The notes under the pieces: model-generated
What the model saw: only the letters and a program-made list of their open reading frames with translations
What the model was told of the DNA's origin: nothing
Database searches by the model: none
In this document: in pieces, positions 36,690 to 48,795 of the stretch
How positions within the stretch are numbered: the stretch's first letter is position 1
Layout: every line of letters starts with the position of its first letter
Made by a program: the position numbers and the translations under genes
Source: Mytilus californianus
Lineage: Eukaryota
Reading direction: 5' to 3'
Length of the DNA stretch: 64,000 nucleotides
Assembly: GCF_021869535.1 (NCBI RefSeq)
Contig: NW_026262712.1
Span: 31,124,001 to 31,188,000, forward strand

Positions 36690-39268
36690 TCATCTGTTTG
36701 AATCGATCGCCTTTCTAAGCTGTTCCAAAAAGACAACATCGCCGTACTCATCATTTGGATACTCAATGTATGATTGACCGTGAACCAATTCGAGAACTTG
36801 AAGCGGAAGATCGGAAGCTGACATTTGCTCGTAAAATACTAGGAAAAGAATGTTCTCACACTTCCGCTCATATATACTCTCCATTCTAGCCATATTATAT
36901 TCGAACATACACCAGTAAGAACTTACATAATTGTGAGACATTATTACAATAGTTTTTCGGCTGTTATGAATTGCGGATGTGATATTAGTCGCGATGTCAT
37001 TTCCGGGTAAAAAGTTCCGCTTGTGCAAGCACAACTGAATTCCATTCTCCTTTTCTAATTGATGAACAAGCAGGTTGTGAACAAATGTTTGATCTTCGTC
37101 TGCATATGACACAAAAACATCATACATATATAATCTTTCTTCTGTGTTGTCTAATTGGTATTCATGGTCATGCCATTTGACCTTGACCATGTAGTAAAGA
37201 TATCGTAGTTTCCAACGATATCTGTAAACAATACCACCGCAAAGAATGAAAATAAACATTAAAATGCCTGATGTAATTCCAATTATTATACCTTTATATG
37301 ACATACATTCCTTTTCGAGGGTTTGATAAACGTCTCTTGGATTGATAAGTAGAATTATTGTGTTATTTGACATTTGACATTTATATTTTTTCCGACGATA
37401 AAAATGGATAGGTGTGGTAGCCATCCATTTAACGAAAGATATAGTATCACAACTACATACAAGATTATTGCCACTAAGATCAATAGTAAGATTTGCGTTT
37501 ATGTTGGTCAATAAGTCAAACATTTTCATGGCAGATTCACTCAATGTCGATATTCTATTATTTCGTAAACCAAACAGCATGAGCTTTTTCATATGAGAAA
37601 CTTTAAAGTTGATGTCACCAAGCATGTTTTCACTGAGGTCTAAATGTTCTAAATTGTGTTGATTTTTAAAAAACAGATTTGGTATATTCGTTATTTTGTT
37701 TGCAGAAAGATTAATAAAACCTACGTTGCAAAGATTCTGCAATATTTCCCCGTCACCATCCGTAGGTATGACGAGTCCTAACAGATTGTCTTGTAAAAGT
37801 AAGTATCTCAAGTTCATGAAATCTTTACTGAAAAATTTCTTTGAAACATTAGAACAAAAATTCGACGATAGGTGAAAATATGACAGGCTTTTTACATTGG
37901 TTATTGGACCTGTCCATGTATGAAAGACGTTGTCACTCATTGTAAGATTGTGTAATTCGTTTTGAGTGAACATAAATTCTGGTATTTCATATTTCACTGC
38001 ACAAGACCTAAATGTAACTATTCTCATTTTTTTTGGTACGGGAATTCTGAAAACTGATTTGCCTTTTACATTGCGATAAAATGAAACTATATCGAACAAC
38101 CTGTTGTTTTCGGGATTGGTTGATACAGTATTTTCCCTGGCAACACATCTCTCTATGTAAGATGTTAGCACATTGTGAGAAGAAAATGTTTGAGATACAT
38201 CTAGTGATGTTATTGGCATGTGCATAACGTCAAACATATATATGCCAATAGAAAATACATTGTCCTTAAAATCGGCACTTTCGAGGGAGACTGGGAAATT
38301 TTGTAACGCACCGGATTCAATCCTCTGAATACGGTTTCCAGCAGCTTCAAATTTTACAAGTGACGTTTTTTTCAGATTCCAAATGTGAGAAGTCTTTAGT
38401 ACTGTGCTCATTTCGAAAATGCCATGAATATAGTTTACTTTCAAGATTTTAATTGCAGATTGTTGTAAATCTGTGGTTATGTTTTCAAGCGCTGCGAATC
38501 CCAAACATGTATTAAAAGAAACATCAAGCTCAGAAATATTTCTCATATTCTTAAACGTTCTTTTGTATATGTATTGAATTTTGCATTTTGAAATATTTAC
38601 ATGAGTTATTTGAGGCAAGAAAAAGAACGTTTTTGAAGTAAGAATATGCATTTTGCAATAACCCGTAAAACCAGATAGATTGATACTTCTTAGGTTTTTC
38701 AAATATTTAAATTTTTTACTAAGAACTGCAGTTTTGGCAGAAACATAGTCCATTGACAGCAATTCTAGCGAGGGAATATTCGATAAATCCGGCATGAAAG
38801 AACTGTTGAAATTCTTTTGCGTATTCAAGTTTTTCAATCTCTCCAGGAAATAGAACGCTGAAAAGTCAAACGAATCATTTCCATATTTTAAATCATTGTT
38901 GCTGAGATTTAGAGAGAGTAAATGTTTAAGTCCTTTGAACGAAAATTTTCCAATATGACTTATTCTATTGGAAGACAAATCCAAAGACTTCAATAAACTG
39001 TTTTCTTCGAATATTCCATCTTCTATTGCACTGATATTATTCATTTGGAGAGATAAGTCTTGAAGAATGTTTGGTAACCTAGGTATGCGAAGTAGATTTT
39101 TGTCAGAACAATCTGCTATAAGTAGTTGTGAACCAGGAATATTTTTACATACACAAGAACTATCAAACTGACATTCCTTCCATTCTTTTTTCTCATGGTC
39201 CTTTGAGTTTTCGCAGAATTCTAGAAACACCAAAGCAGCAACCAGGCTGTAGGTAAAGTTGCAGTTCC
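36690..39268 (-). CDS. TLR: Toll-like receptor, single-cysteine-cluster type (LRRNT, LRRs, LRRCT, TM, TIR); main coding exon
   Basis: Uninterrupted reading frame (ORF track 36690..39287). LxxLxLxxNxL repeats; LRRCT NNLVCSC...W...C...C; TM about 37225..37293; TIR 36693..37124 with YDVFVSY box 1, LHKRNFLPG BB loop and SxWCxFE. The track start codon is TTG; a splice acceptor (ttctatgcag|) gives an exon start at 39268. Confidence 0.96.
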
Positions 39269-39745
39269 CTGCATAGAATATGTACAATTTGAATATAAAA
39301 AACTGACGTATAAATTTTTATATAATGAATATGTAAAGAAACCAATTCATTAAGTTATGTGGAAATCTAAGCTAGCCCCAAATTTATTGCATATTCGCCA
39401 AACAAATTAAGTCATTTACATCAAATATCCTAAAATACTTTGGCAAGTTGTCTAACTCACTCTATTTGCAATGCAATTAAACAAGGTATCGATGGCAATA
39501 TAAGAAAATTGGACATGTTAGGGGTGATTAATTTCCCCAACAACACAGAAATTTACCGAATCTTACTCTTGTGCAGTGTTAATATGGTAGAATGTATCAC
39601 TGCATTTTGAAAAGTATGCTCGATAATTTTTAGATTGCGTGCATGAGATTACTTCTCACCTTATTTTTTTATGGTCAAAAGACAAGAGAATAATGTAACG
39701 AGTCACTGACAAGGTTTTTGACTAAGGAAGAAACAAAGCAATTGT

Positions 39746-40085
39746 TAGATAGATATAAGAAGATGTGGTATGATTGCCAATGAGACAACTCTCCATCCAA
39801 GTCGCAATTTATATAAGTAAACCATTATAGGTCAAAGTACGGCCTTCAACACGAAGCCTTAGCTCACAACGAACAGCAAGCTATAAAGGGCCACAAAAAT
39901 TACTAGTGTAAAATTATTCAAACAGAAAACCAACGGTCTAATCTATATAAAAAAAAACGAGAAACGAGAAACACTTATGAACCACATCAACAAACGACAA
40001 CCATTGAACATCAAGTTCCTGACTTAGGACAGGTGCAAACAAATGCAGCACGTTTAAACGTTTTAATTGGCGCCAACCTTCATCC
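39746..40085 (+). repeat. Interspersed repeat family B
   Basis: agatataagaagatgtggtatga.tgccaatgagacaactctccatcc...cctgacttaggacaggtgcaaac. Other copies at about 6105(-), 15615, 23892(-), 26505, 35150(-), 41355, 50622(-). Confidence 0.85.
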
Positions 40086-41539
40086 TAGTCTTCTCTAGAT
40101 TAGAGTTGTTATGTAGGCAATCAAATCCACATTTCCTTCGTCGAATACAAAAGTTTAGTTAGTACGTGCCTAATTGCTTCTTTTGTATCTTTGTGGTCGA
40201 ATTATACTAACAATTATATACGAAATCATCCGATCTGACCTTTTTCTGAGTATATTTGCGACCGGTCTGAATTATTTGTATATTTAATCGGCAGTCCTCA
40301 AATAATTGTGAATATTCAACTGTTCCTTTTCGAGGCTGGGAAAAACCACCCGCTCACCCGTGCTTAATTGTTTTTTGAGTACCGTTTTGGTTGGGTTAAA
40401 CTAGTTTACTGAGTACTTAACCGCGCCTTAATGTTTTATTGTATTCAACTCTATGTCTATGTGACCTGTTCTATCCGTGCCTCATTGTTACGTGAGTATC
40501 TTTTGTGATCGGATTAAACCAGTTACGGGATTACTCATCATTGCTTAATTACATTTTAAGTACCTTAAGGGTCGGGTTAAAAGAGTTTAATTGTACTTAC
40601 ACAAGCCTGAAAGTTTCGTAAGAATTCAACATTTATTTTTTTGTGCCGGGTAAACAGTTGTGTTGGTCGAGTATAATATTTTTTCGAGCTACTAGCGGGG
40701 TCCGTGTCAAACTGTTTCAATTTCGTGGTAACCTTTGTGAGTGATCGGGTTTTGTTAGTTTAAGTTGTACCAATTTGCTTTTTTATTGAACGCAATGAAC
40801 ATATAGAAATCATTACAAATATGACAGGGAAGGAGAGCTTCATACATTTTCAAAAGTTTGGAAAAATATCAAATAAATAACAATGCAAAGGTAAATGCAA
40901 TATATATATATACAAGTCTAAATTGAAAACAACGTTCAAACCTATAATTGCGTTGGATAAAAGCCGCAATTTTTATACGTGTGCATGCAAAAGAAATTTC
41001 TTGGTAGAGGGGTTTAAATACAGCACAAACATCATTTTCCAAAAGACCAAAAAAGTGAAAAAGTATATTTTAACAAAAGCATTTGACTAGCAGGTCGAAC
41101 AACAGTTGTTCTTAAACCCTGCCGACTGCCATTGGCGATTGCCAAATAAACGGATCACCAGATGTAACAGAATGAATCTTAACTATTAATTTAATACCAA
41201 ACAGAAAACAATAAACTTGCGGAAAAGATGGTATACCGCAAACAAAAGGTGCAAAAATTAGTACACCATATCCGGATTTCGACAATTAATGTCTCTTCAG
41301 TGATGTTAGGAATCGAAACGTATTTTGGAAACGGTATATATTTATATATAAATCGGAAGATGTGGTATAATTGCCACCAGAGACCAAATGACCCATCAGT
41401 TTACAACAATAGGTCACCATACGGCCTTCAACAATGAGCAAACCTAATGCATAGTCAGCTTTATTTAAAACTATAATCATGGCATACAAAAATCGGAAAG
41501 CATTAGTTATGCAGTAAGTTAAGTTTTCCTGTTAAATAT

Positions 41540-44225
41540 TGTACGATTTTGTAAACAAAAGATAATATAAACTTTCACATTTTTAAGTCAGAAAAAAAAA
41601 AATAACGCGGAAAGTACAAAGCTATCACAAAGGGAGAAGATGTAAAATACGATAAAAATATGAAAGCAAAATCAATCAATGGTCTAAAAATTTAAAAGAC
41701 ATGGAAAGGTTAAAGTTCGCAAAGACGGAAGAAAATATTAAAGAAAGTGTGAATAGCAAAATGTAATCTATGATCTAAAGTAAAGATATCTTTCAAAAAG
41801 AAGTAATTTAAGTATTTTCCTTTGCCGCTGTGTAGGTAAATTTCGTCATAAATCACCTTGTTCAACTCATTTTTTTAACTTTGAAAAAATAAAGTATCAA
41901 ACGAGACTGACGCAGCTGTTTTATGATGGACTGAGCTGGGTTTTTTTTTTTTTAAGTTTTCATCTTTTTCGGCATACAGTCAAGATAGGCACAAAAGTTA
42001 GAGTAAATTGGTTTAAAACCTCCAAATTTCATGTGTGGCCAAATTTTGCAGTCTGTATGGACCATGTCATGTTTGTTATTTGGGTTTTTTTTTCTTTGCA
42101 TTAAATTTCTATCTTTTTAATTTGTACGTCAAATTTCTCAGAGGATCAGATTGTTTGTTGTTGATAATGTCTGTTGTGTTGTAACATATTTTGTTATTCT
42201 TATTATCCTCTATACGTATTGTTCACGAAAATGAAAAGCAAAAGTCTGATAGATGTAAATAAACTTGAAATATACAGGTAGAAAGGATTTTTAGAAATTA
42301 GAATTACTCGGGCAGTATCTTTTTTTTTATGAAAGGGGCCTTTTTAAGTAAACTATGTAAAAGAAGTACAAGGAGTACATGACGGGTTAAAATAAAACCG
42401 AAAGATCAATAATTTAACAGCCTAACATTTGACATTCCATGTGTTTGTCAAACAATGTTGGTTAACATAATATTTACAAATCATTTGTTTTGTATCAATG
42501 GTATTTTGAGTTTAGAGTTGAATTATTTTTTACGGTTATTATGCCATTCAGGCCATAATTATTTTGGTCAATTTTCTTTATTGTTTAGAGACATCGTTTA
42601 GATACCCAGAGGGTTAATTCCTGTATAGGAATATCTCAAAATATATCCATTTATTTTAATGTTGATTTGTGTTTCTTACGCTGTCTATTTACAGTTTCTG
42701 TATTAACTTATTGGTGTTGAATCTAAAATTGTATGCTTAATAAATATAATAGGGAATATACTATTTATGTCGGTATACTAAAACATCCATTCAGGACGGA
42801 AATGTGTGCTTTTGTAAGGTATAAATTCACCTTGAGGTATATTGTTTTATTTCTTTTTTAATGATCGGCATTGACACATCAAATATGGTAGGGAAGAAGA
42901 GTTTCGTACATTTCAAAAACAATATGAAAAAGTAATAATTACATTAAATGTTTTTATCATTATAATACGTTATTTTGATTGGCTAACAGCAATCTCGCGT
43001 CAGTCTGAAATTAACCTTCAGTTCAAAATGAATTGTAACATTCATGATGACACGAGCTTCCACAATAAAGTGCACAGGCAAATAAAAGAAAAAGATCATA
43101 GAAATCGTGTTTCATGATCCTAGCAAAAAAATGTAATTATAAGTATTTAATGCTACTTTTAGTAATTTTATAAGGTTGTAAATGCGTTGACCGTGCGCAC
43201 ATTTTTAGAATGAAGCGCTTCCGCGCTTCATACAAAATGTACTTCGGTCAACGCTTTTACACCCCAATAAATTTAAAAAAAGAAGCATTCAATTCTTAAT
43301 TAAAGATTATCAATTAGCAAATGAATACAGTGCATGTATTTATAGTTATTGCATACAAATATCGGAAATAATCAATAATGCTGTTAGTTAAATTTCCTTT
43401 GAATATCCTACGATTTTTTAAAATTAAAACAATATATACTTACACATCTTCAATTCATTTAAAGAAGCTAATTAAAAAGAAAATAAAACACGCGGTCTTT
43501 TAGACAGTACAGAGCTGTCACAAAAGAAGAAGATGTAAAATACGATACGAATATGAAAGCAAAATAAATCATTGGTCTAACACTTCAAAAGACATAGAAA
43601 GTTCAAAGTTCGCAATGTCGGAAAAAGATACAAAGTAAAACGTAATCGTTGATCTAAAGTAAAGATAGCTTTCCATAAAAGCAATTTTAACGTTTTCCTT
43701 TACCATGTTGAAGGTCAATTTCTTTATAAATCTTTCTTGTTTAACTTTTGTTTTTTAACTTAAAAACTTTAGAAGTGTAGAACGAAAGAAAAGTAGTTGA
43801 TTGATGCTGAGTTGAGTACGTTTTTTTTCCATCAATTTGTCAACTTTTACGACATATGGTTCGTATAGGCAAAAAGGGACAGTAATCGGATTTGATACCT
43901 CGAGCTCCACATTTTGTTTTTGGACAATTAATTCGGTTTTTTTTCCTTTGTTTGTTTGGGTCTTTTTTCTTTTGTGGCTAATTTGAATGACAATTTTCTC
44001 GGAGAAGCAGATCGTTTGTGGTTAGTTATGTCTGTTGTATTGTTACATATTTCGTTAATTATTGTACACATTTTTCCGCATTGTTCAAGTAAGTGAAAAC
44101 TAATTGAAGAAATGCATTGCCTCCAAAAATGTTTTGTTATGGTTGTGGACTTTTACTATTGGTTGTGAAATAAGTACAAGGTGATGAGGGTGGGTTAAAA
44201 AAAAACGGCAGCTCTAATTATACGA
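41540..44225. repeat. Two diverged direct copies of a non-coding block of about 800-900 bp (41540..42430 and 43405..44225)
   Basis: Shared gaagatgtaaaatacgata..aatatgaaagcaaaat.aatca.tggtctaa, gatctaaagtaaagata.ctttc and ttatgtctgttgt.ttgt.acatattt. Partial third and fourth copies at about 47850..48060 and 49190..49230. Confidence 0.8.
43135..43301. repeat. Imperfect palindrome of about 165 bp, probably a transposon terminus
   Basis: tgtaaa.gcgttgaccg..acatttt..atgaagcgc-TTCC-gcgcttcat..aaaatgt..cggtcaacgc.tttaca. Confidence 0.8.
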
Positions 44226-44907
44226 CATTTCAAAATAATGATATTCTGTTTTTGACGAATGATCTGAGGATTTTGTTTTGTAATTAGTTAAAATCATTCA
44301 GACCGCAACTAGTTGTGTTTATTTCCTAAATATAGTAACAAAGCTATAGTGTGTGCAATGTCAATTTCATCATGGATCACTTTTTCCACAATCAGGGGTT
44401 CATTTAGGGATGAAAATACGTTTGAAATTTGTGTAACAATTTAAATAGCTATCAATGTATTAATTTTAGTTGCAGTATAAAAACAATATTATGTCAATGT
44501 CAGAAAAATATAAACGTTTTTGTATTCGGCACAAAACTGGGAAAGAGCTCGGTACAACCTTGCCCTTCCCCAGTTTCTCAGCCTCATACAAAAAAAGATT
44601 ATACTTTTCTGACATTGACCTAATGTTGTATATATATTTTTTTCCTTTAGTGATCTTTTAAAATTAGACTTTCATTACTAGTATCCTATCTTAGTCGAAT
44701 TTGTACTATTATGAATAATAATGAATACATTATTTTTAGAGCGCATTATATAATAACAACACTCACTCTAATCGCTTCACATTTAAAAAATAATTAAAAT
44801 ACAAAAACTTTTAAGACATAAAATACAAAGCACCAACTGATACGGATCAAACAAGCAGATAAAATCTTTTTAAAATGCGTGTACCCTAACATATAATCTA
44901 TATAGGA

Positions 44908-45108
44908 TCTGCTTACCCTTCCGGAGCACCTGAGATCACCCCCAGTTTTTTGGAAGGGTTCGTGTTGCTTAGTCTTTAGTTTTCTATGTTGTGTCATCTG
45001 TACTATTATTTGTTTGTTTGTCTTTTTATTTTTGGCCATGGCGTTGTCAGTTTGTTTTCGATCTATGAGTTTGACTGTCCCTCTGGTGTGTTTCGTCCAT
45101 CTCTTATA
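44908..45108 (+). repeat. Family C: 5'-truncated 3' end of the Penelope-like element
   Basis: Reverse complement of 45763..45965. Shorter or older copies at about 11925, 25130(-), 29140, 29500, 60590. Confidence 0.85.
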
Positions 45109-45762
45109 TAAAAAACAGTCTAAAATTAATGCAGCCAATTAAAAGTATATAAAATCTATTAGAAATCCTTAAAAGCTGTTCCAAAGAAGTGAGTCTTGGT
45201 TTGTTTTTTAAAAACGTCTAAAGAATTCACACTCCGCAAGGACGATGGTAAACTGTTTCAGAATGTAGGCGCGGCCTTGTCAAAACGCCTTTCGCCGTAG
45301 CTTTTCGTTCAGACGTCATTTAGAGATGTAAAAGCATACTGTTTTCCAACCTAAGGGATCTGTTGGGTTTGCACGGTGTTATTAGATTTTGAAGGTAGTT
45401 AAGAGCCTTTCCATGCTGTGCTTTGTACACATATAACATAAGTTTATGTTGGTAACGGTAATGAATAGGTAGCAAGTGTAACGAAACATGCGTAATTGAG
45501 TCAAATTGCCTTTTTTCGGGTAATCAAACATGCTGCTGTGTGTTCTGAATACGCTGTAGCTTACTAATAATGTTGATGTTAGTACCGTACAACAATGCGT
45601 TGCCATAGTCTAGCCTTGATGTAACTAGGGAGCACACTAAATTCTACAGGTTTCAACCGAAATTCGACCAATTTTCAGAATCTGATAAAAACAAGCCTTA
45701 GTAATCGCACTGGCTTGATGTTCCATTCTGATGGTTTTATCAAGTGTATTCCCAGATTTATC

Positions 45763-46855
45763 ATACAAAAGAGGGGCGAAAGATACCAGAGGGACAGTCA
45801 AAATCATAGATCGAAAATAAACTGACAACGCCATTACTAAAAAATAAAAAGACAAACGGACAAATAATAGTACACAAGACACAACATAGAAAACCAAAGA
45901 CTAAGCAACACGAACCCCACCAAAAACTGGGGGTGATCTCAGGTGCCCCGGAAGGGTGAGCTGAGCCTGCTCCACATGTGGCACCCGTCGTGTTGCTCAT
46001 GTTATTACAAATCCGGTAAATAGTCTTATTCGGTAGGTCACATTCATTGTGAAAAAGGAATTAGATTGTAATTACGACATAAGGAACATATCCGATATCA
46101 TCTGTGAAACGATCAACCAACTCGTGATGGCGTCCATAAAATTTACGAAGGGATGATTTCAGGTTCACCATTTGGATCTCTTGGTTTAATAGCTTCCTTG
46201 TGAGCAGCAACCCTCTATCAAGAAAATCATGATAAGAAATACAAGCCCTGGAATATCGTATCAATTAGGAGATATATTCTCCTGCTGGAATGTTGCTACA
46301 TAGAAATGGAAAGTTCCTGAAATCATCTCTTTTGTCGGAAAGTTTTGTTTTCAACCGACCCTCATTGTCAATTTCTAGATGTAAGTCAAGATATGAGGCA
46401 GACTTAACTTTATCTGCTGTATCCTTTATCTCTAGTTCGATGGGATAGATGCGTTCAACATAGTCACCAAATTTTGAATTATTAAGTGAGAGAACATCAT
46501 CTATATAGCGGAAAGTAAAGTTAAAGGATATTGCTAACATTAATTATCTTTCCTCCTAAGAAGTTCCTGTATGAAGTCAGCCTCATAATAATAAAGAAAC
46601 AAGTCGGCAAGAAGAGGGGCACAATTTGTTTCAATTGTAATGCCGACAGCCTGTTGAAAAACACGTCCTCCAAACGTAACAAATATGTTGTCAATAAAAA
46701 AATCAAGAATCTTGATAATGTCAATTTCAGAGAATTTTTCGTTTGAATCAGAGTGATTCTTTACAAAGTAGGATTTATCCCTCCCCAAGACAAGATACTT
46801 GTATCTACGTTCGCCATTCTTTTTTTATGAAAGAAAGCAATACCAACTCTTTAAA
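45763..46855 (-). mobile_element. 5'-truncated Penelope-like retroelement (Naiad-type) with frameshifted RT and 3' UTR
   Basis: Three consecutive RT fragments: ..DNIFVTFGGRVFQQAVGITIETNCAPLLADLFL / RYIDD..YLDLHL..DKRDDF..SNIP / LIRYSRAC..RKFYGRHHELVDR. Frameshifts near 46540 and 46265. The 3' UTR matches many short copies in the window. Confidence 0.85.
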
Positions 46856-48074
46856 AACGTCGCTTAACACAGTTTAATGAAAACATAAAAAAATTGACCT
46901 TTTTTTTTGTACGGTTCCACTTATCGGTTTACGTTATTTTAATTATCTCATGACTTTTTTTGTCAATTTTCTGTATCGTTAGAAGAAATAGTATAGAAAA
47001 CGCAAAGGGTTGACTTTGGTATAGGATTATGAAAATCTTTGGACCTTTTCCCATTTGGAAATAAAACCGTTGTTCTAGTGAAGCTTCATTCTAATAACAG
47101 TGGCAGTCTGAATGTCCTGCTTTACATTAAATTAACTCTACCTCTCAGAACGTAATATTTTAGTTGTTCAATTGTTTTTTGTCCTGATTATAAATGCAAT
47201 ATTTTCAATGGACGTTTCAGACCCAACATTGAATCTCTAAATTGGGAACCACAAAACTGAACTGTATCACACAAACTCGGGCTTTTTTTTGTAGAATCAG
47301 AAAATAAAATTATATTGTCAAACATACTGATGTTAATAACTAGGACTTGGTCGGCAGATATATTTCTATATAATTAATCATTGTAATTGTAATTGCTTTT
47401 TTGTAGTTTCTGTCTATTTGTTTTTAATTTATTAACGTTGGCAGCATAGTTATGTTTAGCTGAAATAATCTGGAGTACACTATATCTGGTTGTATACTGA
47501 CAAATCCATTTGGAATAGAAATGTGCACATTTGTAAGAAATAGATTCAACCTGAAGTATTTTTTCTTTTTTTATTATTGGCATTTGGCATATCAGATTCT
47601 CTCCAAATATGACAGGGTAGTGAGCCTCATACATAACGGAAAGATAGGAAGCATATGAAAGCGTGTTAAGTAAGCAATAAATGCAAAGCATGTATTTATA
47701 GTTAGAATTATAATTAGTGTATACGAATTTTGGAATTTAAGAAATAACAGTACTGTATTTGAAGAGTTACTAACGTCAATTGATAATTTGACGGTCGCAA
47801 ATGACGTTTTACTGGCGACGCGGAGCAAAGCCATCAGAAGGGATACATGTATTTAACGATTTTGTAAAAATAAGCGATATATAAATACAAATTGTAAACT
47901 CTGTTTAAGAAAGTAGTTGAATGTGCTATAACAAATGAAAAAGATGTCAGATACGATACAAATATGAAAACAAATCAATCAACGGTCTTACAACTTAAAA
48001 GAAATCGCGATGTAGGTTAATTTCTTCATAAATCATCCTTGTTCAACTTGTTACTTTGTTAGAATAGATCATGC

Positions 48075-48795
48075 AGATTATTAAAGATGGCATATTTTGG
48101 CTTTAATAGTGATTCACTTATAGGGTCTTTGCATCGGAACTAAATATACTTATTCTAAAACCAGTTGTTGGCATGACACGGGTTATGTTCTTCTCATATA
48201 TTTTATGATGGTATAATACTAAACCCCTAACAAGAGGGATTGTGCCTGATATTCATATGATGAAGACATAATCTTTCAATCAGTTTAATTGAGGTCTGGA
48301 GCTGGCATGTCAGTAACTGCTAGTAGTCTGTTGTTATTTATGTATTATTGTCATTTTGTTTATTTTCTATGTTTTCTTTTGTTTCCCATTCTGACATCGG
48401 ACTCGGACTTCTCTTAAACTGAGTGTTACTGTGCGTACTGTTGTACGTTTGTTTTTTCTACATTGGCTAGAGGTATAGGGGGAGGGTTGAGATCTCAAAA
48501 AACATGTTTAACCCCGCCGCATTTTTTGCGCCTGTCCCAAGTCAGGAGCCTCTGGCCTTTGTTAGTCTTGTATCATTTTAAATTTTAGTTTCTTGTGAAT
48601 AATTTGGAGTTTAGTATGACGTCCATTATCACTGAACTAGTATACATATTTGTTTAGGGGCCAGTTGAAGGACGTCTCCGGGTGCGGGAGTTTCTCGTTG
48701 CATTGAAGACCCATTGGTAGCCTTCAGCTGTTGTCTGCTCTATGGTCGGATTGTTGTCTCTTTGACACATTCCCCATTTCCATTCTCAATTTTAG
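48075..48795 (-). repeat. Interspersed repeat family E (related core to families A, B and D)
   Basis: Contains aacatgtttaaccccgcc..gcctgtcccaagtcaggagcct, also present at 35280..35340. Confidence 0.55.

Noticed and set aside
40338-40348. GGGAAAAACCA as a Dorsal/Rel site for the TLR
   Set aside because: A single short match with the TSS unknown; expected by chance in this much sequence.
40595-40632. Minus-strand mini-exon ATG..CTTGT|GTAAGT as the TLR first exon
   Set aside because: Ends in phase 2 while the TLR acceptor needs phase 1; splicing gives a frameshift and an early stop.
44908-45965. Inverted pair of family C copies as the TIRs of one transposon
   Set aside because: Both are 3' ends of the Penelope-like element facing each other, and the right copy is continuous with the RT. 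Independent insertions are simpler.
45761-46000. 79-aa ORF MSNTTGATCGAGSAHPSG...
   Set aside because: Translation of the repeated Penelope-like 3' UTR (family C), not an independent gene.
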